A DNA stretch of 52,425 nt, taken from assembly GCA_013115145.1 (NCBI GenBank), contig JAAPAO010000211.1, positions 1 through 52,425 on the forward strand, written 5' to 3'. Both the position numbers and the translations under genes were made by a program. The DNA comes from Perkinsus chesapeaki ATCC PRA-425. Its lineage: Eukaryota > Protista > Perkinsozoa. Shown here piece by piece: positions 39,821 to 52,425 of this stretch; position 1 is the first letter of the stretch, and each line of letters starts with the position of its first letter. The notes beneath the pieces are model-generated. The model was not told the origin of the DNA and made no database searches. It saw only the letters and a list, made by a program, of their open reading frames with translations.

Positions 39821-42800
39821 ATGCCCGATCAGCAAGACGCCGGCAGCCCCAGTTGCCTGATCTCCGCTCGAGAGCTATGCGCCATGATTAAGGCACGGGA
39901 CATAACAGGTGACCAGCAAATCCCTCCATTCTACCGCAACTCTTTCATAGGGGAGGCGGGTGACGATACGGAGGGCGAAGGCCCTGGCGGCCTGGCCATG
40001 CTAGAGGACCACGGAGGAGTCCAGGCCATCGCAGAGAAGGTGAGACAGGTCCGGTGGGGCGATGGTCATTATCTCTGTGTATCAGATCGGCAGTAGCCTC
40101 AGTAACGGCGTTAGAAGTAGCGATGTCGAAGCACTCAAAAGAAAGTGGGTCCGCCTTCGATGAAACAGGTCGTGGAAAGTGAGTCAGATACGGCGCTAAT
40201 TTCGTACCGCCACCAAAGCCAAAAACGTACTTTCAATTCCTGTTTGCGGCCTTCAAGGATTTCACCATCCTTATGCTTTGTGGAGCAGCTGTTATAAGTC
40301 TAGTACTCGCAGCGACGTAAGATACTCTTTGCTCTTCGGTGAGGGGGAGGCTGCTCTATCAGGTATGAGCGAACGGCCACGGCGTATGCGGAGGGGTCCG
40401 CGATCATTGTGGCCATTTTGGTGGTCACTAATGTGGCCGCTTTCAACGACTGGAGGAAACAAAGGCAATTCGATAAACTGAACCGGAAGGTTGAGGTGAG
40501 CATCTGAAAGGCAGGGCGGGGCTCAGAGAATGGCGATCAGGACATATCCATCCGAGTGGTTCGTGATGGCAAAAAGCAGGAGATCTCCATCAATGAAATT
40601 GTAACCTATTTCGTATCTTTCAAGGGGAGCTAGATTCCTCAGGTCGTTGGGGAGGTTGTCCTTGTTGGCGTCGGGGACATATTGTGTGCTGATGGTGTTG
40701 TTATCGAGAGCTCTGCTCTCTACTGTGATGAGAGCTCCCTAACCGGCGAGCCTGTACTGATGGCAAAGGACCCTAAAGTCCACCCCTTCCTTTTGTCTGG
40801 AACTAAGGTGAGTGTCTGGTCTCCTAATGTGGACGTAGATGGTGCTCAGGTGATGGACGGCTCAGGGATGTTCCTGGCGATTGCTGTTGGGGCCAACTCC
40901 GAGGCTGGGAAAATTAAGGTGCTTCCGTCCCTGCTTGTAGGGTTGATCACTGCTGGCTCTCTAGTCCCTCATCAGCGGCAAGGCACGCAAGGTTGAGAAG
41001 CCACCTGCGGCGGCGGCGGCGACCGACGAGCAGCATCCAGACGGCGAAGGGCATGAGGAGGATGAACACGGTATGAGGGGTGGTAGTAGGGCCCTGTCAG
41101 TCAAGTCTGCCATTTCAGAGATTGTTGCCGAACACGAAGAGAAGAGCGTTCTAACCGCCAAGTTGGACCGCATGGCCCTTCAGATCGGCAAGGCCGGTAC
41201 CGTTGTGGCCGTGCTATGTGTTATCATTATGGCCATAAGGTAGTCATAGTAGAGGGAGCGCTTGATAAAGTGATGTGGCAGATTTTCGATCACAAAGTTC
41301 GCAATAACGGACACCACAGAGATATGTCTTACTATGGAGGATGTCACCTGCTCCTCGGAGAAAATTGTCGACCTAGTCGGCAACAACATCTGTGATCCCA
41401 CGAATGCCAATCAGCAGTGCGTCTCCATCTTCGGCCGCTCCACCACGCCGGTCTGTAGGTACCCTTGCTGCCATCAAGTGCACGCTAATGAGGTTGAGCT
41501 TCTGGGGGCGCCATGCGGATGGATGATGCCTTTCCTCGGCCAGATGCTCCAGTTCTTCATCACAGGTCGGTCCGATTGTCCCACTCCCCCAATCTGAGAT
41601 CTACTATTAGGTATTACCATTTTGGTGGTGGCCATCCCAGAGGGTCTGCCACTGGCGGTGACCCTCTCCCTGGCCTTTGCCGTCACTAAAATGCAGAAGG
41701 ACAACAACCTGGTGAGAAGGAGCTGCTGCTACGCTCCGCCTCATTCGACGCTTTTTTAGGTTAAGCATTTGGATGCCTGTGAGACCATGGGGTCCGCGAC
41801 GACCATCTGTAGCGACAAGACCGGTAGAGTGCTTAGGTGGGATGAATTTTTGAGCCGTAGTCAGGCACTCTGACGAAGAACCGAATGACCGTGGTCGAGG
41901 CGAATCTGGCCGGTGTGGAGATCCAACCGCGAGATGGCCGGAAGCTCACCCCGTTGGCCAATCCAGAAGTAAGGTTGCTTCTGTGGGAAGCACTTGTGGA
42001 GGTGATATCGTGAAGTATCAAAGCCAGTGCTAGATGTATGAAGACGTAACGTCAGGGTATAATGCAGAAAGAAGAGTATTCGCCTGGAGGGTGTGTGGGG
42101 GGAGGGGTAGCGTCTCCGTCGATCTCTTTGACCATTTTTGGCGAGTCGTATGCGGCTGAACTGATCCTAGTGTGCACCTTAGAGCTTCCTCTCCAGCCCT
42201 GGTGTGTAATCGTCCGAGGATTGTACGTTTTGCTGACAATCTCTGCGTCGATTGAGAGCTAGACCCCGGGTACGTGGTACGATGTTGATGATTAGCACCA
42301 CATCTTAGACAACTCATATACCACTTCATAACGTTGTTGGTGGATTTATTAACACCCCTCGTGGCGCACTCGAGTGAAAAAACTGTTTTTAACTGGAATA
42401 ATTTGCATAGCCGCTCCTGTGGGCGCGGTTAGAGCTTTACGCTGGGACGCCTCGAAAATGCAGCGCGGAACTATGAGGGGGGTCCCGTACCTTACTGACA
42501 ACTGTTCGGAGGGAGAGCTAGACGATGAGAACTGCTGCTGCTGCTGCCTCGTTATCAACTTAATTCCACCAAGCGGGTAATGTAAAGAATCAAACAGTGT
42601 CGGGAATCGTTGTTTTCTTCTTCCACTTTCTATGAGCATCCCATCATTGTGCAGATACATCACATTCTTATGGAAGGTATAGCCCTTAATACTACAGCCG
42701 ATATTAAATGGGACCAACTGGCTTCTGCCTATGACCAGGTAAGACTCTAGCAGCACGGGCGATTTAAAAATCGGTTGGGATTCGCGTTTGTGAATGGCCC

Positions 42801-45800
42801 CAGGTGGAGCTCATGTCTCCTAGCATAATGGCAGTATTTTGTCACGCGCCCAATAATTAATCGGGCTGCTATATAAAAACCACACGGTTTGCAGGAGAGT
42901 TGTGACTGCCCGTTCCCCCCCAGATTGGCAACAAGACCGAGTGCGCCCTCCTGCAGCTGGTAGAGCAATTTGGCAGCAGCTACGAGAAGCTCAGAGACGA
43001 AGCTTTGGACTCCGGCGTGGAAGGCAGCAAGACCGGGCGGGGCAGGTCGGGCTGTGCGAGGTTGGCTGGCAGCATCTCTATTGGCAGGTTCCTGGTGCAC
43101 GAGATTCCCTTCTCGTCAGCTCGGAAGCGGTCCAGTGTGGTGGTCCGGACCAAAGAGGGGAAGTATCGGATGTACACTAAGGGAGCCAGCGAAATTGTAA
43201 GGGGACCTTGCTTGGGTGTCATCATCATCGAGGGCCAGGTGCTGGACCTCTGCAGCTCCTACCAACAGTCTGGTGGCGCAGGAATCCCTGGTCGACTAGA
43301 CCAACGTGCTCGGCAGATCATGTAGCTTGGAGACTGCTCCTTTGCTGTGTATCAGGGCTGTCTTCAGAGATACCATCATTACCCTCTACGCTAGGAAGTC
43401 CCTGAGGACGGTGAGTCTGGCCTATAGGGACTTCGACGCCGAGCCCGCTGGTGGCTGGGATGAGGCCCATGCGGAGAGGGAAGATCGGCTTGCCATAGAA
43501 TCGGTACTGGCAGGCATGACGTGTCTGGTAGAGTCGGGTTGCTCAGAACTTGGTGTTTCTGGGAGTTGTCGGCATCGAAGATCCTCTACGTGATGAAGTA
43601 CCGGATGCTATTGCGGATTGCAACCGAGCTGGCGTGGATGTCAGGATGGTTACCGGTGATAACCTGGAGACCGCTGTAATATAATGACGCAGGCTGATCG
43701 ATGTGCTGCTGGGTGGTGCACGCACCTTCCTTATCGGTCCCGGAAAAATCTGCGGGAATTTTCTGAAATTTCACCGAAATTTTCCTTATGTGGCCAGCAG
43801 GAGGTCGAACGCAGACATTCTAGCTATTAGTTGCTTTCGGGCATTGCCTTCCCTCTAGGCATGGAGCTCTGTGACAAAGAGCTTTTGATGAGCAAGTCAT
43901 AGGTGATTCGATCACGTCGCTTGGTCGTTACGTTGTCTTTCGGTGTCGAACAGCAAACCGATCCACCTGGTGGAATTTTCCTTCCTCGTTTTCCCTAGAT
44001 TGTTTCGGATCTGGAACCTGGTCGTTCAAACTCCATACGAGAAGGTTTCCGTCTGAAACTTTCCGAGGGTTGATATATCTACTCATCAGATCGCCATCGC
44101 TCGTGGATGCGGAATCCTCCGTCCTGGTATCGATCTCGACAAACTCGGTGATGTAGTTCCGGGTGCTGCTATGACCGGTCCACGCTTCCGGAAAACGGTG
44201 GGTGTCCCGGGCCTGCTGTAGGAGGGGTAGAGTTGTTATAGGTACTTAAGGAGGATGGCTGCACGATTGACCAGGAGGCATTCGATAGGGTGTGGCCGAG
44301 GCTGAGGGTTTTGGCGAGATCAAGCCCTACTGACAAGTAGGACTAACTCCGTCTGGGTATTGATGGACGCGGTGGTTGAGACGGGAGAAAACCGAGGAAA
44401 ATGATCTTCACGCTGCACTGTTCTTGCTGAACTTCTCCACTGCAGAGTCGTCATCTTAGCGGTTAGGTTTAGTAGCAGTCCTTGGGATCTATTTAGAGCC
44501 CATTCCCCGAGACAGTGTGGTCAAAAACTGTCCGAGAACGACGACGTTATTGAGCTACGATTGAGATGTATTAGTTGCTTATTGATGACCTTTCGTAAAT
44601 GTGTACCACATTCTGTATCATATTAGGTACATCTTGGTATCCGGTTTGAACGAGAGTGAGCTGTACTCCACCGAGGCTGGTAGAAGTCTTGGCATCTATC
44701 CAGACAGGCAAGTTGTTGCTGTTACTGGGGATGGCACCAATGATGCCCCGGCTCTACGACGTGCTGATGTTGGTTTTGCGATGGGTAGGACTGGCTCGTC
44801 ACCGCCATCGGGGCGGCGGTATGATTGTTATGGTAGGTATATCTGGCACACCGGTGGCAAAGGACGCTGCGGACATCATTCTGATGGATGACAACTTCTC
44901 CAGTATCCTAAAGGCCTGCATGTGGGGGAGAAATGTGTAGGTGTCGCTGCCGGGGATCGAACCTGGGTGCATTGGATTCGCAGATACGACTCTATATCGA
45001 AGTTCCTGCAGTTCCAGCTTACAGTTAATATATCCGCCATCACCATGGCGTCCATAGGGGCTTTCGCCTTCTCTGAGTCTCCGCTCAAAGCTGTCCAGGT
45101 TGGCCATAGCCCGCGTTCGACCCTCCTGTACTTGTAATCTTCAGATGTTGTGGGTGAATCTAATAATGGACGCCTTGGCCTCTCTCTCCTTGGCCACGGA
45201 GCCCCCCACAAGTTCCCTCCTAGATCGCCCTCCATACGGCCGCAACACTTCTCTGATAAGCGGCTTTATGCTGTGGAACATGCTCGGCCAAGCGATGTAA
45301 ACGCTATCGCCATCGGTGGGCTTGCCAGGTTCCTTTTTAGTTTCCAATTGGTTGTGCTCAACATAATCCTCTTTGCTGGCCCGAGCATTCTGGACATCGA
45401 TAGCGGTGCAGGGTGCGTTCGATCGAATGGTCTTCCACATGAAGCTTGATCGATGTTAGGTTGGGCCATGGCGCGGCTCCGACTGTTCACTACACTATTA
45501 TTTTCAATACATTCGTGCTGATGCAACTCAGCAATCAGTTCAACGCGAGGAAGCTCTATCATCAGTGGAACCTATTTGGCGGGTTGCTGCGAAGTCCCTT
45601 GTTTGTCGGCATTGTGACGGTGGAATTCGCACTGCAAGTGAGTCTGGTTCTGACAGCGGCCATTTAAAAGCAATATGCTTTCCAATGGGGCTGCCCTGCT
45701 TATAGCCATTAAAATATATTTCCTTTTGGAGCTGTCGTTGCTCTGCGGAAATGTTGGTTGCTGCACTGGGCGTGCACGTCTCGAATCGAATGCTGGCAGA

Positions 45801-46429
45801 ATCGGGCTCAGAAAGAATGACTCTGAGTGCTTTGACAATACTTTCTCGATACATGTCGTATAGTGATTACCTTCAACGTACCCATCGTGTCTCCTCAGGT
45901 TCTTATAGTACAGTTCGGCGGTGCATGGTTCAAGACAACGCAGCTGGAGTGGCACCATTGGGCTTTGTGCTTAATACTAGGCCTCGGCTCATTCCCAGTG
46001 CAGTACTTGATCATTTTCCTGGCCAGAGTAAGATACTGTTGCTCTCTCGCATAGCCCTCGCCTCAGGCCAGTCGACATTGCTGCAAGCGAATCAGCCCGG
46101 AGATGCCGAAGCACCATTCGATGAGGGACAGGCCGAGTAAGGCACCGCCGCCGCCGCACTGTGAAGATTCATTTGCGTTAATGTTGCCGTTCAAAGGTGT
46201 CGTGTACTCGGAAGATGAATTTGTCTGGCCCGGCAAGAAGTTTGGAGATATGGAAGATCTTGATCATCTTAAAGGCGCCTCCCATCATGAAAGTGAGCTC
46301 GGACGAAGCCTTGAATATGCGGACCCTGTGAAGGGGAATTTCGGGAAATTCGACACGATTACTTCGACTCGTAATTTACGACTGACTCTGCCACTTCCGT
46401 GCAAGCGTGAATTGACGCAGTTGGGTTAG
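39821..46429 (+). CDS. P-type IIB (PMCA/PMC1-like) Ca2+-transporting ATPase, multi-exon
   Basis: [44 protein letters not shown]|[81 protein letters not shown], and MLWVNLIMD. Confidence 0.97.
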
Positions 46430-46707
46430 TACTGATAATGAACAACTCACCATGGCGATCGCCCTCCCAGTAAAGAATCCTGATTATGGCTCACGAGAAA
46501 TATCAAGCGCCTGAGAAAAATACCCACTTGTTAAGTGTGCCTCCTGTGTGGCTAGTAGATTTTCTCAGTTTCAGTTTCCTGGCACTAGTACTTGTGGCGT
46601 GGTGTTTCTATCGGCCATGACGAGGCCTTCAGTGACTGTTTCCAGGCCTGGCGTCAGTTATTTCCCGAAGTATAGTACAGTTCTCATCGAAGTCCCTCGG
46701 CAGCGTG

Positions 46708-47817
46708 ATGGGTGAGATTCCCTCGGAGTCGGCGCTTCAACATACAACGCGGGGAGGGTAAGCGCGGGAGGGCAACTGCAGGCCTCAGCAGAGGCGCCGC
46801 CGATTTCAGGTTTAGAAATCGCCGCAGAGTCGAGGCCACTCACATCATGGCCAAGGAGTCGTCGACTATGGGGGCTCGGGACCGGGAAGAGTAAGCGGGA
46901 ACGTGGTCGCTGGGTCGGGCTCAGATGCAAGGGCCATCGAATGCTACCAGAAGGAGTACTCTGGGTGCTCGGATGTACGGTCTAGAAACACATATCGTAA
47001 GAACTTTTTATATTTAAGTACAATCCTATTCCCCTTTTCGCAACACAAGGACTGGTGATACAGAAATGGGCCTAATACAGTCCAGCGTGAACTACACAAC
47101 TGAGTACTTCAAACGAGCGGAGCGAAGGGGGTATCAGATTGTAATTTCATGCACTTGGTGCATTAAACAATTCCTTATGATAGTTCTCTCCCACTGGATG
47201 GAAGAAGTATCACTTCCTGGCTACCATATGGATTACGGAGTTCTATCTTTTTCATATCTTAGCACTAGCAGCATCCCCCGGTTTCCAGGGAGCACAGTGA
47301 ATACATGATCCGCTGCTCTGTTTTAATGGCTTTCTGTTTTGGGGTATGTTGCTCGCCACATTTCTGTCTTCAGAGAATTCCTCCATGCTGCTCGAGAGTA
47401 TCATCGCCATACTCATCAACATGAGGGGATGTCCCATGGGAAGGCCACCCCGAGCCAGGCTGCAACCGAGCGGACCTCTAGTGGGTCCAAAAACGCCTTA
47501 TAGGTTTATTAATATGGTCGTGATGACCGCCCAATTCCATACAAGTTGTTAGCGGCTGTATTCGCCTTCTATAGTGTACGAGAATCTCGACACTTCTCCA
47601 AGCCGTCATCAAGATGATGATAATTTCGCTGATGTTGCCTCCTGCGCCGCACCCCTTTTGATTGCACTTGCGTCTCGACCCGGACGTCGATGTTGGCCCT
47701 TTTGTACTGGCCATCATCGGCATCCTGGTTTATGTTAGTCTCTTAATTCTTTTGCTACCGGATTATGTAAACGCCAAAGTTTTGTACGACCTTAAGGTCA
47801 TCTTCGGCGATCTCTAG
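46708..47817 (+). CDS. Hypothetical multi-exon membrane protein
   Basis: Hydrophobic exon fragments (FLMIVLSHWMEE; LLESIIAILINMR; LLILLLPDYVNAKVLYDLKVIFGDL*). The splice path is not fully resolved. Confidence 0.35.
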
Positions 47818-47975
47818 TCTTTTGAGTTCGCAGCAGTTGTCAATTCAGTGGTGATAGCTCGCTCTGCAGTGTAGCTGTGTAGCTGTGTTCTAGCCCCAAG
47901 GCGGGGTTTCGTTTTCGGACGAAGCCTGCGAGGCTATCTCACATCGGAAGCATCTGTGGTAGGTGTATCGAGTTA

Positions 47976-49521
47976 ATGTCCGGGCACTGGCCGCCGCCTC
48001 CGCCGCCTCAATCGCAACAACAACACCATGAGCCTCGGCCACTACCTGTACCATATCGTCACCATGTCTCTTATTATCCTCCTAGACACAACCAGGCAAG
48101 CTGGATGGTGCCGTTAGCTGCCCGGCAGCAGCGCTTTTAGGCCCATCCCACCGTCGGCGATGTTCGAACATGGTGGATGGTGGTAATGCGCCAACAACAA
48201 TCTTATGCGCAACATTATCATCAACTGCAGCAGCACTATCTTAATTACCACGGTCTTCGCCCACCAGCGCCTTTACCGTACGCTCCACCGGCTCTCCCAG
48301 TCTGGCAGCGGCGCTCACCAGATGAGGCGCCGTCACCTCTGAGACTGCCTCCTAGTCAAGCTGAGAGTGACTGGCGACAGCGGGGTGGGCTCCTAAGCAG
48401 CTGCGGTGATGTACTGCATTTTCAGGTTCGGCTAGTGTACATCAGCCTACTGCAGAAGGCAATGTCCGTGGGACTCCTCCGTATCCTCGTGGCCGCCGAT
48501 CACCACCACGGTCTTGTCCTCCGCCGGGCGTCTTCCGAGGAACCCCAGCCAGCACTGGCACTGATCAGCATGGCTGCTGGACGGTCGACCGTCCCAATCG
48601 ACTGCACTACGATAGTGAAGAAGTTCTCATTAATTCGCTACAAAAGAGGCGACGAGTGTCGCGAACGCGGTATGTGCGGCTCCCCACCTTCTCCGAGGAT
48701 GAGCGAGATGCTTCCTCGGGAAGGCCGGTGGCTCAAAAGAAAGCTCAGTCGTTCACCGATGCATTACTGGCTGCTCGAATGAAGCCCGGAGGGCCGGCAG
48801 CTCTCCGAACTCCTGAGCGAGGCGGAGCTAGGACAGCTGAAAAGTTGCGAAGTTCAGGCTCACGGACGCCAGCACCGACTAGGCGGCTATCCGTCATCAA
48901 CGAGACTTCCGGAGAGCGAAACGGCAGCCCGGCAAGGCAGCCTCTGAGGAGCCAGGTGTCGCCTCAGACCGACCCACGGTCGTGGTACGCCGAGGGCCGG
49001 ACACCGTCATCTTCGTCCCCTCCGAGAATCAATCCAGCCGACTACGGTTGCGGCGTCCCTGATGATGATGGTGGGTTCACCACTGATGTCGAGCGTGGTA
49101 TGGCCAGTGAGGAGGATATTGGCAGCACCAGCAGTGAAGAAGAAGAGGAGGAGGAGTCCAGCGACCAGAGCGAGGAGGACTCGAGCGACGATGACAGGTG
49201 AACGACGTGTGTATGATGCGAATCTACAGTGTCGGTTTCAGTTGCACATCTGGGCACGAGATCGTCCAGCGAGGAGACGAGATCATTAGGCGTAAACGAG
49301 TCAGAAGGAGGACGAAACGAAGATCTCCGAGCTTGGACTTTGTCGATTGCAGCGAGGAGTTCAACACCGGGCTTTTCGCCACCGGTGATGAGCCGACACT
49401 CCGGTTCAAGAAAGCCGTTACTAGACGATTTGGCGCTAAGCTGAGGCATCTCCCAATGTTCCGAGAAGCAGCTGTTGAGATCGATAATAGAGAAGTGCAT
49501 GTTGAAGAGTACCGAATGTAG
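47976..49521 (+). CDS. Hypothetical Pro/Gln-rich, Ser/acidic low-complexity protein; may extend to ~49870
   Basis: MSGHWPPPPPPQSQQQHH, then overlapping ORFs 48177-48782, 48656-49201 (SSEEEEEEESSDQSEEDSSDDD) and 49198-49521. Confidence 0.55.
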
Positions 49522-50043
49522 ACTATGCAAGGAACCCTGCCATTACCATACCGACACTTTTTGCGTTAATTAGTTTATACCTACTTGCTGCGTCGGCAGT
49601 GCCGCGGCAGTGCTGATAACAGCAGAGTGCCCGCCTATTGTGAGGATGACGACTCTGGCAGTCTCTTGGAGTTACGATTCGCCCTGAATGGATTGCAGCC
49701 AATCCAACTGGTTCTAGATGTGCCAATTGAGGAAGATTCACGACAACACAGTCATTTAATAAGATGCTGCACTTTTGGTCTTTCCGGTTAACACTCAACT
49801 GCCTGGTTCCCTGTGGCTGCTCACTGCAGTACTTACGATCTTCAAAGTTCCATCGTATCGATCAAGCTAAGATATTTCTCTGGCTGTTTCAATCGTTCAC
49901 GACACTGTAAACGCAAGTGGCATAGGCTGCGGTCTTTACAAGGAATAGTAGGAGTACAGTGAGAATGAAAGGATGATAACAATGACGGAGGAACGTTTAA
50001 CAGCAGCAATTGCTGGGCTGTACATCCCGCAGTGGTCATCCCT

Positions 50044-51815
50044 TTACTTCGCATAGGTCCACAGGGTGACATTCTGTCGGTTGGTCCTACCCTTACGGCT
50101 CTTCTGTAGCATATTACTCCGCACTTGTGCCTAACAAAATGACCATAGCAAGCAGAATTGGTCAAACTTTGTCCCACCTTTTGCGCCTCGAAGTCCATGA
50201 ATTTCATCGATTTCAGCAAAGACTTCGCCTCACGCTTCTGTTCCTGAACAACACCAACTGATACGCAGCGAGTCGGCGGGACGGTACCCTGTATGTCTTC
50301 ATGCTCATGATAGCACTGGACTGATCACCGCCGGCGATGGCCAGCATGGCGTTCTTCTGCTGAGGGAGAGTCTTGCGAGCCTCATGGGGCTTGTCGCCGA
50401 CTCTGAAGATCAAGTCACTCCATCAGTGGGAGTCCCAGACGAACATGAAACGACCCCAATAGGAAAGTATTCCATTTTTGTACCCCTACTGCATGCCCTT
50501 AACGTTAGTAGCACTTTCCAGCACGAATCTTGCCGAGGATGCCGCAGCCGATAAGCTTACCTGTCGTTGGTGAGCCTCTGTTTGTATATGTAGGCGTACA
50601 TGCGATGGGTGGCCACCTTACCATTGGGCAGACGGAGGGAGCCATCGTCACTGAAGATGAGAAATGTGGCAATGGCAGGGGACAACTACCCTACAGTATT
50701 TGCGCCCTGCGAAGGCCGGTTTGCATGACAGCTTCGTCTAGGTCGTCCTCCTCCTCCTCATCGCCGCTCACCGAACCTGACCGGACTATCAAACCCGCTA
50801 CGGCGGCCGACGGGAGTGTTACCAATCTCAGTCCAGTCGTCGCTGTCATCATCGCTGTCGCACTCTTCGGTCTGAAAGAACATTTTCCATACTGTTCGGG
50901 CTGGCAGGGCTCACCTCTTCGACAGGGCCACCACCTTGAAGCTCCAAGTAAGATGTACTGAAATCGTAGAACGGATCAAGATCCGCCAGCAGCTCGTCGG
51001 TGTCGGTTCCTACATGAGGAGAGGTGAACACCTCAACAAACAAGCAGGGCTCTACCGATTCTGGTGTGCTTCATATCCAGCATGTGGGACTTCACTGCAC
51101 CAACGCTACCGTAGATCTTGTTGCAGTAAAGGCCTAAAGAGGACAATGAAACGGGCAAGTCTGGGGAGGGCTACATTGATGACGATCGTATATCTTATCA
51201 GTGAGCATGGCGAGAAGGCCGGTAAGGTCCTTGAGGTAGTCAATTTCGGGGATGAAGAAGGAGTACCTGCCATTGGTATCCATCCAGGCCTTCAGTTTTC
51301 CAGCCCTACTTCAGGCTCATATAGGCGAGGTTGTCCTCAACGGTCTTGTGCTGGGTGTTATCAAACAAGCAAGTCTTATCGTCTCGAACTATCTCCACTG
51401 GCGGTTGGCTGGGGACATGCTTCTCTTTGTGCTCCATAGCAGCAGCTAACCACCATCACCGTGCTGCTGCATAGCCTCACTGCCCGCTAGTAGTACCTCC
51501 CTCCTCCCTATGTTTAAGATGAGCGGTGCCTTTATTATCACCAGACTCAGCAGCAAGCTTCTTCAACTGCTCCATCCGCAGCGTCCAGACTTGAAGGGAA
51601 ATCGGCGCCAAGCCGGCGACTTTCCGCTTGGTATTGTAGACGTGGAAATCTGCAAAGGCTTTTCGGTTTTCTGACACCTCTAGCTGTCCCACATTACCTG
51701 ACTTGTAGTGGTCCCGTTGCCGAGCGCTATCCTCAAAGTCCATATTGCAGGCATTGCAGCGGTAATCGTTTGTGAGGTCCGCGGGGTCTACCGTGGCCGT
51801 TGTGTTTGTTGCCAT
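50044..51815 (-). CDS. REI1: ZNF622/REI1-like C2H2 zinc-finger pre-60S maturation factor
   Basis: YRCNACNMDFEDSARQRDHYKS|DFHVYNTKRKVAGLAPIS, CLFDN..HK...NL, HxFFIP.EYL region, DPFYDFSTSY, and NGKVATHRMYAYIYKQ. The inferred last exon is AQVRSNMLQKSRKGRTNRQNVTLWTYAK*. Confidence 0.88.
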
Positions 51816-52425
51816 TATAATGGTAAATGAATTTAGCAAATATAACAACTGTAACAGAACTTCAACCCATAGCACCTGGAGGCCTTCTCCCCGCCTAGCT
51901 GGGAAGTTCACCGAGGCTTTACTGTGACTATGGCTACAAGCGATGGCAACCCTTCCTACCCGAGTACGCTCCGAACCCAGCTGGCGCCATCGGCCCAGAG
52001 GACAACGGTGCGATGCTATCCCCAATCAGATCTATTGGTCTCAGCGTTGGCCACATCGGTGCCCCTTACCTTGGACCGATGGCTATCGACTAGCCCAAAG
52101 CGTTTAGATTTCTCCGTCTCCATCCTACAGACAAACAGCGACGGGAGTAATAGTGCTAGTTGGTAGTGTGTGCGGCCGGGCAAGCGCAGTGGGATATGAA
52201 ACGGTGGCCCTGTGACGAAAAACAGCAGCCCGATTTGAAAGGCAAGAAGCATAGACTCTGCCTGAGTCCAGGGAAAGCGTCACAAGACAGTTAAGAACCG
52301 TCCATGTAGTGAAAAGTAGGTCATTTCTTGTCAAAGGCCGAGTCAGGTGTTTTGTGTAGCAAGTCATCCCGAGACGTAACAGTAGTTTCATCAACACAAG
52401 AACCTGGCATTATGTTAGGATGGTT

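Noticed and set aside
51930-52425. Gene at the right edge of the window (ORFs 51924-52166 +, 52016-52252 -, 52125-52397 -)
   Set aside because: Short conflicting ORFs with no motif, truncated by the window; the strand cannot be assigned.

Overview
Compact, intron-rich eukaryotic DNA, not prokaryotic. Most genes are broken by many ~30-60 nt GT-AG introns, so the six-frame ORF track shows only fragments. Gene density, intron size, co-directional gene runs and donor-less polypyrimidine-AG sites before start codons resemble a Perkinsus-type alveolate (inference). Genes reconstructed by eye, in order: SNF1/MARK-like kinase with UBA and KA1, hypothetical gene, tRNA-iMet, MATCAP/DUF1704 metallopeptidase, two essentially intronless glycosyltransferase-like genes, dual-specificity phosphatase, FCP1-like phosphatase (with a 33/34-bp minisatellite and an N gap), a large helical-repeat protein, RPN8, a coiled-coil protein, a vitamin K-dependent carboxylase-like HTTM protein, an Ala-rich hypothetical, an RsuA/RluE-type pseudouridine synthase, a Regnase-like NYN protein, a PMCA-type Ca2+-ATPase, hypotheticals and ZNF622/REI1. 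Best leads: (1) an unassigned structured RNA candidate ending in TTTT immediately upstream of tRNA-iMet; (2) a GGCX-like enzyme with catalytic His and Lys equivalents intact; (3) a Regnase-like domain with a natural Asp-to-Asn change at the first catalytic position, fused to an SH3-like module; (4) a MATCAP-like tubulin peptidase. Exon boundaries are manual and some gene ends are approximate. No database searches were run.
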